A DNA stretch of 54,574 nucleotides, taken from assembly GCA_010015805.1 (NCBI GenBank), contig ML978131.1, positions 1,054,001 through 1,108,574 of the forward strand, in the 5' to 3' direction. This document shows positions 37,160-48,815 of the stretch, one piece after another. The first letter of the stretch is position 1; every line of letters starts with the position of its first letter. The stretch is from Rhizodiscina lignyota. Its lineage: Eukaryota. The notes under the pieces were generated by a model that saw only the letters and a program-made list of their open reading frames with translations, did not search any database and was not told the DNA's origin. The translations under genes and the position numbers were made by a program.

Positions 37160-38707
37160 ATGTCTGAGGCTAAAGAGGACGTTAAGCAGTCGGAAGAGCC
37201 TGGAGATCGTGCTTCAGATGACTTGACGCACTTGAAGCTCGATCAAAATGGGTTCCCACTTCGACCTCAGCCATCCGATGATCCTTTGGGTATGCCATTG
37301 TCTCCTTCGAGCACATTGCGACAATACTAACGATGTTCAGATCCTCTCAATTGGAGCTTCTGGACGAAGTTCGGAGTTTTAATTCAAGTCTCCTTCCTGG
37401 CTTTCCTCGGGCCATTCGCTCACGCCGTCATTAATTCGGCCTATGGCCTTGTCGCGAAAGAGTTCCATCTTGCCATTCAGACAGCTTCGTACCAAACTAC
37501 GGTTGGAATATTACTCGCCGGCGTATCTCCGATCATTTGGAGCCCGATTTCGAACGTATACGGTAGACGACCGATCCTAATCTTTGTGAGCGCTTTCGGC
37601 ATTGCCATGCAGTGTGGATCTGCCGTGGTGAAGACATGGAGCGGTATACTTGCCATTCGAGCTTTCGTTGGTATAGGCACTTCTGCAGGTATGGGAATTG
37701 GAGCTGCAGTCGTGGCCGATATGTACTTCCAGCACGAACGCGGCAAGTTCATGGGCATCTACATTGTTTTTGTAAGCAACGGCGCACATGTTGCTGGACT
37801 GATCGGAGGTTTCATTGCGCAGAATCCGCATCTAGGCTGGCGCTGGTGCTACTGGGTTCCAGCTATTTGTTGGGCTGGCTCCTGGCTGATTAACCTCTTC
37901 TGTCTTCCCGAGACTCTATATCATCGCGACAATACACTAGGGACCTCCTATCAGCGAAACGATTCGTGGCTCAAGCTGTTCACATTCAACGGAGTGCACA
38001 TTCGGCGGAAGCTCAGAATCTGGGACTTTACTCACGTCTTCAACATGTTGCGATATCCATCAGTCTTCTTTCCGACCTTGTACTACAGCGTCAGCTTTGG
38101 ACTCGGTAGCGTCTTATATGCTGTTACTGGAGCGGCGGCGTTCGGGGCACTATACCATTTTGATACGGCGCAGATCGGGCTCGCCATTGGTCTGGGAACC
38201 TTGATTGGCACCATTATCGGAGAGTTTGCTGCTGGGCCGGTATCGGACTACATCCTATACCTCAGTACGCGGAACAGTGGGGGAACGCCCACCCCTGAAG
38301 CTCGCTTGCATGCCATGTGGCCTGGATTCCTCTTATGCCCAGCTGGCACCATCATTGAGGGCGTCTGTTTTCAATACAAGACGCACTGGGCAGGGCCAGT
38401 GATGGGAATCGGCATTGGCGCTTTCGGTTTACAGATCATATCAACCAACATTTTCGCCTACGCTACTGACTGCTACAAGCCACAATCCGCCGAGATCAGC
38501 ACCCTCCTCAATTTTGGGAGGCAAGTTTTCTCATTCACTCTGGGCTTCTACATGATACCTTGGGCGAAGAAGACTACCTACGGTGTTGCTTGGTCTATTC
38601 TTTCCATTATCGATGCTTTACTCTTCTTGGGTATTATTGTGCTCATGTGGAAAGGACGGGTCTGGAGAGAGCGTCTTGGGGAGCCAAACTTCCACAAGGA
38701 CTTATGA
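37160..38707 (+). CDS. MFS transporter (DHA1-like, 12 TM)
   Basis: ATG 37160, intron 37290-37340; PQPSDDPLDPLNWS, SNVYGRRP motif A, DMYFQHERG, GWRW, LPETLY, PEARL; multiple hydrophobic segments. Confidence 0.92.
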
Positions 38708-39418
38708 GGGGATTTGCTTCACACTGTATGCTATTCTTCGCAGTCAGCTTATGCATTGAGCCTCTCATCATCCGACTACTACAATTCCTGGCAGAGAAAG
38801 AATCCGGCTTTGATTGGTGTACTATACAACGACTCTTCCGCGTATATCTCCGGACCCGCTGGGTACGAGTCGACACGTATGCTGGAGATACGTTTGCGGA
38901 TTATCTGCGAGACTCTTGGCAACGGAGAAATTAATGAGGCAATGTTTACCAAATAAAGGAATGATTCAGAATCTCTTACGACCCTGGAGCATTCGAATGC
39001 CGAAATTCGATCTAACATTTGAGTCGGTGATAGGCAGTGCAAGCTGTGAGATTCCATTGGCTCGTTTATCACCGACCAGCTATCACCGACCAGCTATGCG
39101 AGATCCCGCGAAAAAACTGCATCTCGACTTTGATTGACGAACGACAGCGTTTCTCGAAATATTTTACTTCTTCAAAATTCTATGCATTTTGCAGATCTTA
39201 AAACGAGGGGAAAGATTATTGTCGTTTACGTATTCGACGACAAACGCCGATGTTTATCACCGATTGTAAGGCGCACGCTGTGTAATGGAGCACAAAGCCA
39301 GGACGTACAGTATGGTATAAGGGAGAGACGAATCTGTCTAGTTCCTTCCCATCTGTTCCAACGTCGCCTCATACATTTAGTCAAACTAACAAACAATTAA
39401 CCTTCTGCAACTTTTATC

Positions 39419-40438
39419 ATGTCGGACAGCGCAAACGTCGCCGTAATCAGCCAGAGCGGAGAGACCCTGAGCTTCTTCGATGCTACAACTGGCCAGCAAA
39501 CGCAGCTCATCACGGACTTGATCGCTGAACCGCACGAACTCTGCGTCGACAAGCACCGAAATGTCATGTACATCAGCCACGCGTACCGCCATGGCCACTA
39601 CTGGAAGCACGGCGACTACAGTCATGAGATCAGCGTTTTTGACTTGAAAGAGCGACGGATTGTAGATGTCATTAACATAGCGCCGTACGGAGGATCCCAT
39701 GGCATACGGCTCGACGCCGCAAACGACAGGTTGATTTCCAGTGTTGAGTACGGAATCGGAGAAGCTGGTGGTGCCATTGGGATTGATCTCAAGACTCGGA
39801 AAGTCATTGGCAGCGTGGGGAGTGACGCCAAAAGCCACTGGATAATCATAACACCGGACGGAAAGAAGGCATACACCTGCAACAAGACCTTCGACTTTGT
39901 TTCTGTCTTGAACTTGGCGGACTGGAAATTGATCAAGAAAATTACCCTTCCTGGCGGCAGCGAAGAACTCGATATCTCTCGGGATGGCAAGTTCGTCTAT
40001 GTGCCTGCACCGGGAGCCCAGGTTGGACAAAATCCAGCCGACCCATGTATCAAAGTGATTGACACGCAAACGGATGAGATCGTCGACTCAATTCCCCTTG
40101 CGTTCGGAGGTAGCTCGGTTCACGTCACTCCTCGCGGCACCATCATGGTTGGCCAATACAACTTTAAGGGCGGAAAGCTCAACAGAGGCCATGTCAGTCT
40201 CTTTGAGCCGAAGAACTACAAGTTGCTCGGAGATGTTGAGATCACCGATTATCCGCTCACATTGAGGTCGTCGGCAGATGGGTCTGTTGGCTATGCTGCG
40301 AACGTCTTGGGAGGAACTACGGATGTGATTGACCTGGATAATATGAAGGTGTTGCGGAACTTTGAGGTTGACACTGTGTCGAGGGCGGATAAGGGAAACA
40401 TGTGTCAAGGAGCTCATGGGCTGGCAGTATTTCATTGA
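39419..40438 (+). CDS. YVTN/YncE-like beta-propeller protein
   Basis: Intronless 339-aa ORF with repeated blades (ITPDGKKAYTCN, ISRDGKFVYV, SSADGSVGYAAN, VIDT/VIDL); no signal peptide evident. Confidence 0.85.
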   Translation: MSDSANVAVISQSGETLSFFDATTGQQTQLITDLIAEPHELCVDKHRNVMYISHAYRHGHYWKHGDYSHEISVFDLKERRIVDVINIAPYGGSHGIRLDAANDRLISSVEYGIGEAGGAIGIDLKTRKVIGSVGSDAKSHWIIITPDGKKAYTCNKTFDFVSVLNLADWKLIKKITLPGGSEELDISRDGKFVYVPAPGAQVGQNPADPCIKVIDTQTDEIVDSIPLAFGGSSVHVTPRGTIMVGQYNFKGGKLNRGHVSLFEPKNYKLLGDVEITDYPLTLRSSADGSVGYAANVLGGTTDVIDLDNMKVLRNFEVDTVSRADKGNMCQGAHGLAVFH

Positions 40439-40699
40439 TCCATTTATCATTTGGAGAGATTGCACATATATAGCGTCCATTAACTCGTCAGGGAAGACAG
40501 AGATCAAGGGATAGTACACATAACGTGTAAATTGAAATAATATGATTGGATGAGCTAGCATAATGCGTAATTTTCATGTTTCGCAAGTCCAACCTAGTAA
40601 TCTGACCCATGCAGAATATCTGTGCGGAGTCTTCGTTGCCGTGCTTTAGGAGATTGCGCAAGGGTCTTTGAAGTCCTTCTCCATCCTACCTTCTACAAC

Positions 40700-41409
40700 A
40701 TGCTGTCCTTTCTCGCGAAACATCCTACTCATACGCGCAACGCACACAATAATCCGGTCATATTCGATGATGGCCGCTCCTCAATCGAATTCAAATCTCC
40801 GTCTGATAGCTATCTAGTTATTAACCGATGGCCGCCAGCCGCTTCTGACGCCGAGGTTGCCAGTGAAAAGGTGCCGAACAAAGCAAATTGCGCACTCGCT
40901 CCGCCATTGCACTGGCATATCCTCCAGAAAGAGACTTTTCATGTCCTTGAGGGTAAAGCCGAGTTCACTTTGGACGGCAGAGAACTTACCGCAACCGCTG
41001 GAGATGTCGTGACAATCCCCGCTCGAGCTTTTCATACATTTCGCAATGCGAGCGAAGAGGAAGGATTGGTGATCGAATTTTCATTGGCGCCCAGCACGAG
41101 AGAAAGAGACGAAGCATTTTTCAGTATGCTCTCGAAATGATGCGCATGTGAGCTGATGAGCTGATGACATCTTCAGGAAATGTGCAAGGCTACCGAGATG
41201 ACTGCCGCAAGGCCGGCATGCAGAGAAGACTCCCACAGGTCCTCCTCTTCAACTGGAGAGCGAATGTCGTTCTAGCATTGCCTGGCCCAAAGCTATTGGC
41301 GAAAGTCATGGGGTTGCTGATGAACTTTGTTGGAGGCCTCCTGATTGGAAAGTGGATCTTGGGCTATTCTGATACGTATCCCGAGTATTATCACAAAGCC
41401 TCACTTTGA
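40700..41409 (+). CDS. Cupin (RmlC-like) domain protein
   Basis: ATG 40700, intron 41124-41176; cupin motifs PPLHWHILQKETFHVLEG and GDVVTIPARAFHTFRN; C-terminal hydrophobic helix. Confidence 0.88.
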
Positions 41410-41665
41410 GTGTATTAAATAATGTTCTCCCGTCTTTCTTGCGATCCGAAGGTGCATAGAAGGCCGAAAATGGGTTCGTTTTGGTACATGGGAAGTATTT
41501 GGCGTGTTCTCACAGACCACGCCTTCGCTCGGTGTTCTTGCACTCTAGAGTATATAAGTTGCGCACCCCGCCTCCTTTCTTACCTTTCAAACTGCTCTGT
41601 CGTTCTATACACTTCAGCAGACGCAACTCGCATCAGAAGACAACTCGGTTTATAGGCAAAACGCA

Positions 41666-42672
41666 ATGGCTTCGGACAAGCACCGTCACGACGTATAGGA
41701 AAGCTCCCCAATTTCGACGAAGCCTGCAAACACGCCTCAAGAATGGTTGCCAGGACTCCTGCAACTTCCTACCGAGCTACGCCTTCAGATATACGACAAC
41801 TTACTGCCTGATATTCTGATCATCCCTGCTGATCGCAATCACATTCAGCGAAACAAATCGGACGGCTTCAAAACCATCGATGAGCCCATGTGGCCTGAGC
41901 TTTGCCAGCGGCTTTCGTTGCAAAAGGGCAAGGGCCGTTGCTTTGTTTCTATCATGAGAGCGGATCGGAAGCTCTGTGATGAAACGAGCGATATTATCTA
42001 TGATCGGCGTGGTTTCCAAGTTTATATCAACTGGGATGCGCTCGACTTTCTCGATGAAGAGTACGCGATACGATCAGATAACCGATCAGTATCAACTTGC
42101 CATGGACGATGGCATCATGTGAATTCCTTGCGATGACGGGTCTGGGGAGTGTGCGTCGCTTGCATATCGTCATTCAACTATTTAACCGACTCAGATGTAA
42201 TGGCCTCTGGTGGCGATCCTTGCTCAGGACTGAGGATGCCCTGTGGAAGAAGAGATATGTGCTCATGAAATACATCAGTGCCAACCAAAATGACCAAGGG
42301 TCCGCGCAAGAAAACCTGAAAGAGTTTGCGGTGTATTTTCGCTATGAGGGAATGGATTAGCTTCATCTTGAAGCCATGTTGAAAGATCTCCTCGAGCCTT
42401 TAGAGCTTGCGAGGACTGGAAAAGACAAATGTTACTCTACAACTTTAGACGTCGGATTTAGATCATACGCTAAGTCGCGCATGGGGCTTCCGCAGTATCT
42501 CCAAAACGATCAGAGAGCTCCTGACGGAAGAGCATTGGTCACAAGTCGTCGAGAGGAGATGCGGGGCCGTGCAATCTTTGAAGAGGGTTTTCAAGAGGAA
42601 CTTTCGAAAATCGCTTCTCAAATGTGCCCTGATCCAGAAGTGGAGTCGCGAGCTTCTAGACTTGCGGCTTAA
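41666..42672 (+). pseudogene. F-box-like hypothetical protein, apparently disrupted
   Basis: LLQLPTELRLQIYDNLL motif and SIMRADRKLCDETSDIIY. In-frame TAG at 41696-41698 after ATG 41666, frame change near 42060-42135, in-frame TAG 42358-42360 followed by continued reading frame to 42672. Confidence 0.6.
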
Positions 42673-43335
42673 AATTCGGGTCCGTGATGGCTTCAGGGTT
42701 CGTTGGAGACGAAGGACTCAACTGGGGGAGAGTGGCGGACACTGCAAGACCGTCTATAACAGACCGTCCGAAAGGCCGCTTACGTATCGTACGTACTCCC
42801 ACGATGGCCTGAGGGCGACAAAAAGTTGGCCATAGTTTTCAAAATGCTCGAAAATTGCAGTAGAAGACTTCGTAATTAATAACATGTGCAACCTAATAGT
42901 TCACTACTATTTAGAACATCTCAAAGAACGTACAGCCGAACTTTCAGAGATAGTCTCAATTACCTTAAGGTAATGTAAGAGCTGATCGCCCTTGAGCGTT
43001 ACAACCTTGCCTTACGGTCAAATACTTTCTCACTCAAGAGTCCGACCAGATCGAGAAAAACTGCAGATAGGTTGCAAAGCCTCGGAGGCTTATTTTACGT
43101 AGAATAAATTAATCATGCCTTCGTTACCCAGCCTTACAGTTAAGGCCGTTGTCCCGCGCGGACATAAGGTCTACCTGCATAGTCCAGACTGCCACTGACG
43201 TCGGAGATGAAAACGGAGGAAAAGGGCAACGATAATATTTATTTCAGCCTAGACAGACCCAGTTGATTTTCATGGTACTTCAAGATACTCTCTGCAGACA
43301 TTAGAATCTTAGATTTTCATACTCATGCCACATCA

Positions 43336-44289
43336 ATGGCGTCTCGAATAATATCTCGATTTGCCCATTCCGCATCCTCCGGCGCGGCGTCAAAACCCCT
43401 TGTCATATCAATCAGTGGAGCAGCATCTGGATTTGGAGCGCTGGCTGCTCGTTCTCTCGCTCGCGCAGGTCATACCGTATACGCTGGCATCCGGAATGCG
43501 CAACCGGACGCGGAAGAGACGGTGCAATCGATCAACAGCTTTTCGAAAGAACATAATGTCAACCTCCGAGCAGTTGAACAAGACGTTGTGAATCAAGACT
43601 CTGTGAATGCTTCCATCGATCACATCATTAAAGAATGTGGAAAAATCGACTGCATCATTCACAATGCTGGCCACATGGTGTACGGGCCGACAGAAGCTTT
43701 CACGCCGGAGCAGCTCGCGGGATTGTACGATATCAACGTGCTAAGCACGCAGCGGTTGAGCCGCGCGGCTTTGCCTCATATGCGAAAGGCACGCTCTGGA
43801 CTCGTCCTTTGGGTGTCTTCAAGTTCGGTGCTTGGTGGCACACCTCCATTCCTCGCTCCATACTTCGCTGCGAAAGCGGGAATGGACTCCTTGGCCGTCA
43901 GCTACCAGGCGGAATTGAGCCAGTGGGGTATTGAGACGAGCATCATTGTACCTGGCGCATTTACCAAAGGGACAAATCACTTCCTTACAGCTGGCCAGCC
44001 CGCCGACGAGAATGTCACGAAGGAATACACGGAAGGGCCGTATAAAGGTGTACCGGATGGCGTTAATGCTGGATTAGCAAGTCTCGAACCAGAGGACGCT
44101 AGTGTCCAAGACGTCGCTGGTGCGATCGTGGACGTTGTGGGCTTGCCACGCGGGCAAAGGCCGTATCGGGTATTCATTGATCCAAGTCAAGATGGGTCCG
44201 AGATCGTGAGTGGGATGAGGGATAGAGTAAGGAGGGAGCTGTATTGGAGGATCGGAAAGGAGAGTTTGTTGAAGACTAAGCTTTCCTGA
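43336..44289 (+). CDS. Short-chain dehydrogenase/reductase (classical SDR, bacterial-like subfamily)
   Basis: Intronless; SGAASGFG, IHNAGHM, SSSS, catalytic YFAAK, IIVPGAF. Confidence 0.92.
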   Translation: MASRIISRFAHSASSGAASKPLVISISGAASGFGALAARSLARAGHTVYAGIRNAQPDAEETVQSINSFSKEHNVNLRAVEQDVVNQDSVNASIDHIIKECGKIDCIIHNAGHMVYGPTEAFTPEQLAGLYDINVLSTQRLSRAALPHMRKARSGLVLWVSSSSVLGGTPPFLAPYFAAKAGMDSLAVSYQAELSQWGIETSIIVPGAFTKGTNHFLTAGQPADENVTKEYTEGPYKGVPDGVNAGLASLEPEDASVQDVAGAIVDVVGLPRGQRPYRVFIDPSQDGSEIVSGMRDRVRRELYWRIGKESLLKTKLS

Positions 44290-44529
44290 TCTTGTGTTAG
44301 CGATTAATGTGGCAGATGATCACACTCTGAAGTCATATTCTCACTATAGATTAATCATCCCAAACTACCCGTCTCTAACGCATGATACCATCTCTGGGCA
44401 AAAGGTCAATCTATGCTGTTGTTGCTCGGCATCACAGAAGCTGAGTGCGCAGGATAACAGCAGGGCTTTTTACCATGGATCTTGGTCGGCCCACGGGTCG
44501 CTATCTTCTATTCATATACGGTCGCCTAA

Positions 44530-44907
44530 TTACCTCGCACTACTTAACATTCTCAGCGGAATTGAAGGTTCTTCGTAGGCCGGGGGAGGTTCTTCAGGTG
44601 GGCGTACGGAGGTCCCTTCAACGGAAGGCCAGCCTGAATTTGCGACAGTCGTTTGTTGTCGAGCACCGTGGCCAGCCATGCTTCGTGTAAGGCGATTCTC
44701 GTGGTGTCTTTCCGCTCGATACCACCCACGTTGAAGTGATGATGGTCTTGCTTGTGTTACCCTCTGTTGCCATCGTCGACGATGCAAGGTAATGCATCCA
44801 ATAACTGCAAGAACGGCCAGGACACCAACGAGTATGATTTTTGCAAGGACTGGAAAGTTGTTCGATCCTTGATTTAGAACGTCACGAGAGTAGAACTGAA
44901 GCCACAT
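44530..44907 (-). CDS. Small single-pass membrane protein with PPxY motif
   Basis: ATG 44907; TM IILVGVLAVLAVIGCITL followed by HRRRW (positive-inside), C-terminal PPEEPPPAY. Confidence 0.55.
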   Translation of the reverse strand: MWLQFYSRDVLNQGSNNFPVLAKIILVGVLAVLAVIGCITLHRRRWQQRVTQARPSSLQRGWYRAERHHENRLTRSMAGHGARQQTTVANSGWPSVEGTSVRPPEEPPPAYEEPSIPLRMLSSAR

Positions 44908-45753
44908 GGGCGCCACAAAGTAGAGTTAATATGGAAATGGAGTATACTGTGTCAGATCTGGGGGTATTTGAAATGATAAGATGGGTGAAACGGATACATG
45001 AAAGCTTAATAAATTGGCGGAGCAATCATTCTAAAGGCGAAGATAGATGTGCTAGGCAATCCAAGCGATGCATACTTAACAGTGAGGGCATGATTGCTCC
45101 AAACCAAACGGGGCACAGTGGTCGGCGCTGCAAAGGGTAGCAGCAAGGCATTTTCCAGCATTATGAGCGGTTAATTGTATGTTGTTTAGGCCATTCACGC
45201 CAATGAACGCCCCCTTTTGCTCGAATCTGCCTTGCATGACCAACTGCTCGGCTGCTAGGAGGACCAACGCATCACGACTCAGTCTCTCGCAACTGCCGTA
45301 GTTCTGCCCTCTGGAATAACAGTCTATTCTTTAGGCGAATATTAATCACCTTGTAAATAGAGATTGTGTCAAATTGCATACTCCATAGCTGTTCATATGA
45401 TGCGTCAACGAGATGAAGCATATCTATGCATGAGCATGGAGACGATTCATTGACAGGCCGGAACGAATCAATTGTGGGGCAAGGCTCAACTGAGTGTCTA
45501 GCGAGGCAGAATGTCTGCATGAGCAGTAAATACGCATGATTGTCTGTGAAAAAACGCTACGAAGGGAGTGGAGAGAAAGTTCTGACAAGGACAGCCAGAG
45601 GACCAAAGTATTACAGGGTTTTAGGATTAGAGTATTCTGATCCTAGCCAAATTGTAAGGCCCTTTAGAACTTGGCAAAAGCTTGTTAGCTTTCATCAGAA
45701 CTGCCACCACAGTCTTCGCAAAGAGGAGGCGATTGAGAGTATGACAGAGTAGC

Positions 45754-46415
45754 ATGGCAGACGATGTCCCACAGGTCACCATCCTTCTCCTTGGTGATGC
45801 CGAAGTGGGTAAGTCCATGTTTCTATCGTACGTCTAGTTGAATGTCGGAATGATAGCTCGAACTGACCTGTTCACAGTCGATTGACACTCGGCTATCGCA
45901 GTCAAAATGATAATCTCCCACCATACCATCTCCCTACGCTCCGCGACCTAGATCAGCCCTTTACATTTGACATTAGACTCTACAATCGCCCATATCGTTT
46001 CCTCTTCTACGATACGGCATCTCCGCAGAACTACACCACTCTTCAACCCGACTTCCTGATTTTGTGCTATGACATTTCTCGTCGCGAGACACTCCAGTCT
46101 CTGAAGAAGGAGTGGAAGATATTCGTAGAGAGCCACTTCAATTATGACGAAGCATTACCAGTCATGGTCCTTGGGTTGAAACGGGACCTTAGGATGGAGT
46201 GGACAGATACAGACAAAGCGAATGGGACTGGCAGTATCATGCCGCAAGAGGGGATGAGGGTTGCACAAGAAATGCGATGCGATCGGTATGCAGAGTGCAG
46301 TGCGCTGACAGGCGAGCTGTGTCAACAAGTCCTGGAGGATGTCGCGCGGACAGCGGCGAGGACAACGACGGAAAATGGTGCCAAGAGCGAAGGAGCGTCT
46401 TGTACATTGATGTGA
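45754..46415 (+). CDS. Atypical Rho-like small GTPase
   Basis: ATG 45754, intron 45828-45877; G1 GDAEVGKS, G3 DTASP, G4 LKRD, G5 ECSA, C-terminal CAAX CTLM. Confidence 0.9.
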
Positions 46416-46744
46416 TGTGGATCTATTGTCGGAACTGGTTCAGTCTCTCTATGAGCTATTAAGTTCGTGCTTTATATAGATGGCCAAATGAAATTGTCAT
46501 GTCGGTCGTGCGACATATTGATGAGAGTTCTCTACCACACCATGTCCCTGTGCCTGATAACTAGATTGATGACATCTCTTTGAAGATTATCAAGGGTGAT
46601 ACCAGAGGATATGAATGCTTTCGGCCATTCGGAGCACGCTCAAAAAGTTGATGTCGGGGCGGAGCGGACCCCCGAGCGGAAAATTCCAGCCATGAAATTG
46701 ATACAGAATCTTGACTCATTAACCAGATCTTCGCTGATTCACAT

Positions 46745-48659
46745 ATGTATTTCGCCCCTCGATCGCTGTTCCGTGCAGTGAGAGGCTCAAGAGACTTCTA
46801 CCGAGACCATTCATGGAGTAGCCTTCGTTCTCATCCGAATATACATCAAGGCTCGCGTGCATATAGGACCAAACTACCACACCCACGATCCAGCATGTCA
46901 CAGTACCGCGGCTGGAGTCACGATGATCTCGTGAAGCGAGTAATGGACCTTGAGTCGCAGCTTCGGTCACAAACAGAAGTAGTGAAGTATGTGGGTGTTC
47001 AGAGTTATATAGAATTTTGACTGACTGACGCCAAGCAGCAGAGACCGCTCGTACACTGCGAATGAGACCATCATTTCCACCTTCTCACCAAAGAAACGGA
47101 AGGCCAAGAAATCCATCGACCCAAGTCGCTACAGCACCCACCACGTAGCCCTAAAACTTGCGTATCTCGGCGCAAACTACAATGGTTTCGAGCACCATGC
47201 GAACAATACAACTGCGTTGCCAACGATTGAGGAGGAGCTCTGGCGGGCGATGATGAAAGCATGTCTGATCTTTCCATCGGAAAGTAAAGATGGAGACTCC
47301 ACGACAGAATCACAGGCCGATTGGGATCGAGAGCGTTGGGAGAGAGAGGTCACTTGGGCGGGATGTGACTACTCGAAATGTGGGCGAACAGATCGAGGTG
47401 TGAGTGCCTTTGGACAGGTCATTGGGATCAGGATGAGGAGCAACAGGCCATTGCCGAAACGAAACCTTACTGCGGAAACGAGTGGGATCCGAGAGAATGG
47501 TCATATCAATGGGGATGAAGAGACAGTTTCAGAGGCAGAAGAAGTGGCAGAGTCGTTCGATCCAATTCGAGATGAACTCAATTACCCTGCTATACTGAAT
47601 CGCATCCTCCCTCCAGACATTCGCATCATCGCATGGTGCCCCGTCCCATCTCCCGACTTCTCTGCACGGTTCTCGTGCAGAGAGCGACGATATCGCTATT
47701 TCTTCACCCAGCCTGCATTCCTGCCTTGTCCTAGCAGCCAGTCACAATCGTCCTTCCTGGATATCGATGCGATGCGACAGGCGGCAAGCCACCTTGTTGG
47801 GACCAACGATTTCCGGAACTTCTGCAAAGTCGATGCGAGCAAGCAGATCACTAACTTTATCAGACGCATAACGCATGCGTCGATTGAAGAGGTGTCGTCT
47901 CCAGACATGCCCTCGTACTTTGCAGGACCTGAGTTCATACGAAATAGAGAGCAGCACCTCAAAGTCTATGCGCTCCACCTTCACGGTTCCGCGTTCCTTT
48001 GGCATCAGGTCCGATGCATCATGGCCATTCTGTTCTTCGTTGGTCAGAGACTAGAGAAGCCAAGTGTCATCCAAGGAATGCTAGACATGTCTGAGAATGG
48101 TGCCGGGAGGGGCGGGAAGCCACGGTATGAAATGGCAGACGAACTGCCTTTAGTGTTGTGGGACTGCGTCTTCCCTGATCTCTCTGAATCTGATGTTCCT
48201 CTGGATCTCACACAAGGGCATCTCCAAGACGCTATACCTTGGATCTATGTCGGTGAGCAAGGTGTGTTTGGAAATGGTAGTGTCGATGCGGCTAGTTTTG
48301 ATGCGCAGTGGGGCAGGAATGGGATCATGGACAGTCTGTGGCGGCAATGGCGTGAGCGCAAGATGCATGAGTTGCTAGCCGCCGCATTGATGGACCACGC
48401 AAGTCGCTCTGGTCGTCAGGAGGCGGAGGAGCAGAGAAATGGCAACGACGTGCCCGACCAATCGAGCCGAGCTGGCAAGCCCTCGACTTTGATATATGAT
48501 GGTGGTAGTGGATCGCGTGCTGTTGGGAAGTATCTGCCACTGCTCCAAAGAGAGCGGATGGAGCCAGTTGAGGTCATAAACGAACGCTATGCAAAACGTA
48601 AAGGACTTGGCACCCCAGAAGTTGTCGAAGCTGGGAACAGCGAGGATGCAGATGAATGA
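46745..48659 (+). CDS. DEG1: tRNA pseudouridine(38/39) synthase, TruA family
   Basis: Intron from 46987 to ~47038; HVALKLAYLG..YNGF, catalytic CGRTDRGVSA, FSARFSC..RRYRYFF, DFRNFCK, GSAFLWHQVR. Start at 46745 or 46895. Confidence 0.93.
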
Positions 48660-48815
48660 TGGATAAAAGAGTACCATGCCAAACGATCCTGCCAACCTCG
48701 TCGGCGCCGGCGGAAAGATGGACATGCTCTCCTGTGCATCGTGCGAGTTGCGGAGGTGTTCGCGCAAGCTGATACAGCTCTTAGAACCAAGTGCAGGTGC
48801 TGCATCTTGATTTTA

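Noticed and set aside
12127..42672. TAG codon reassignment suggested by several in-frame TAGs
   Set aside because: RPC1, CSN1, the minus-strand SDR, the FMO and the 2OG oxygenase all terminate at TAG, and long core ORFs have no internal TAG.
29152..42672. Functional link between CSN1 and nearby F-box-like genes
   Set aside because: F-box-like genes are abundant in these fungi; proximity alone is not evidence.
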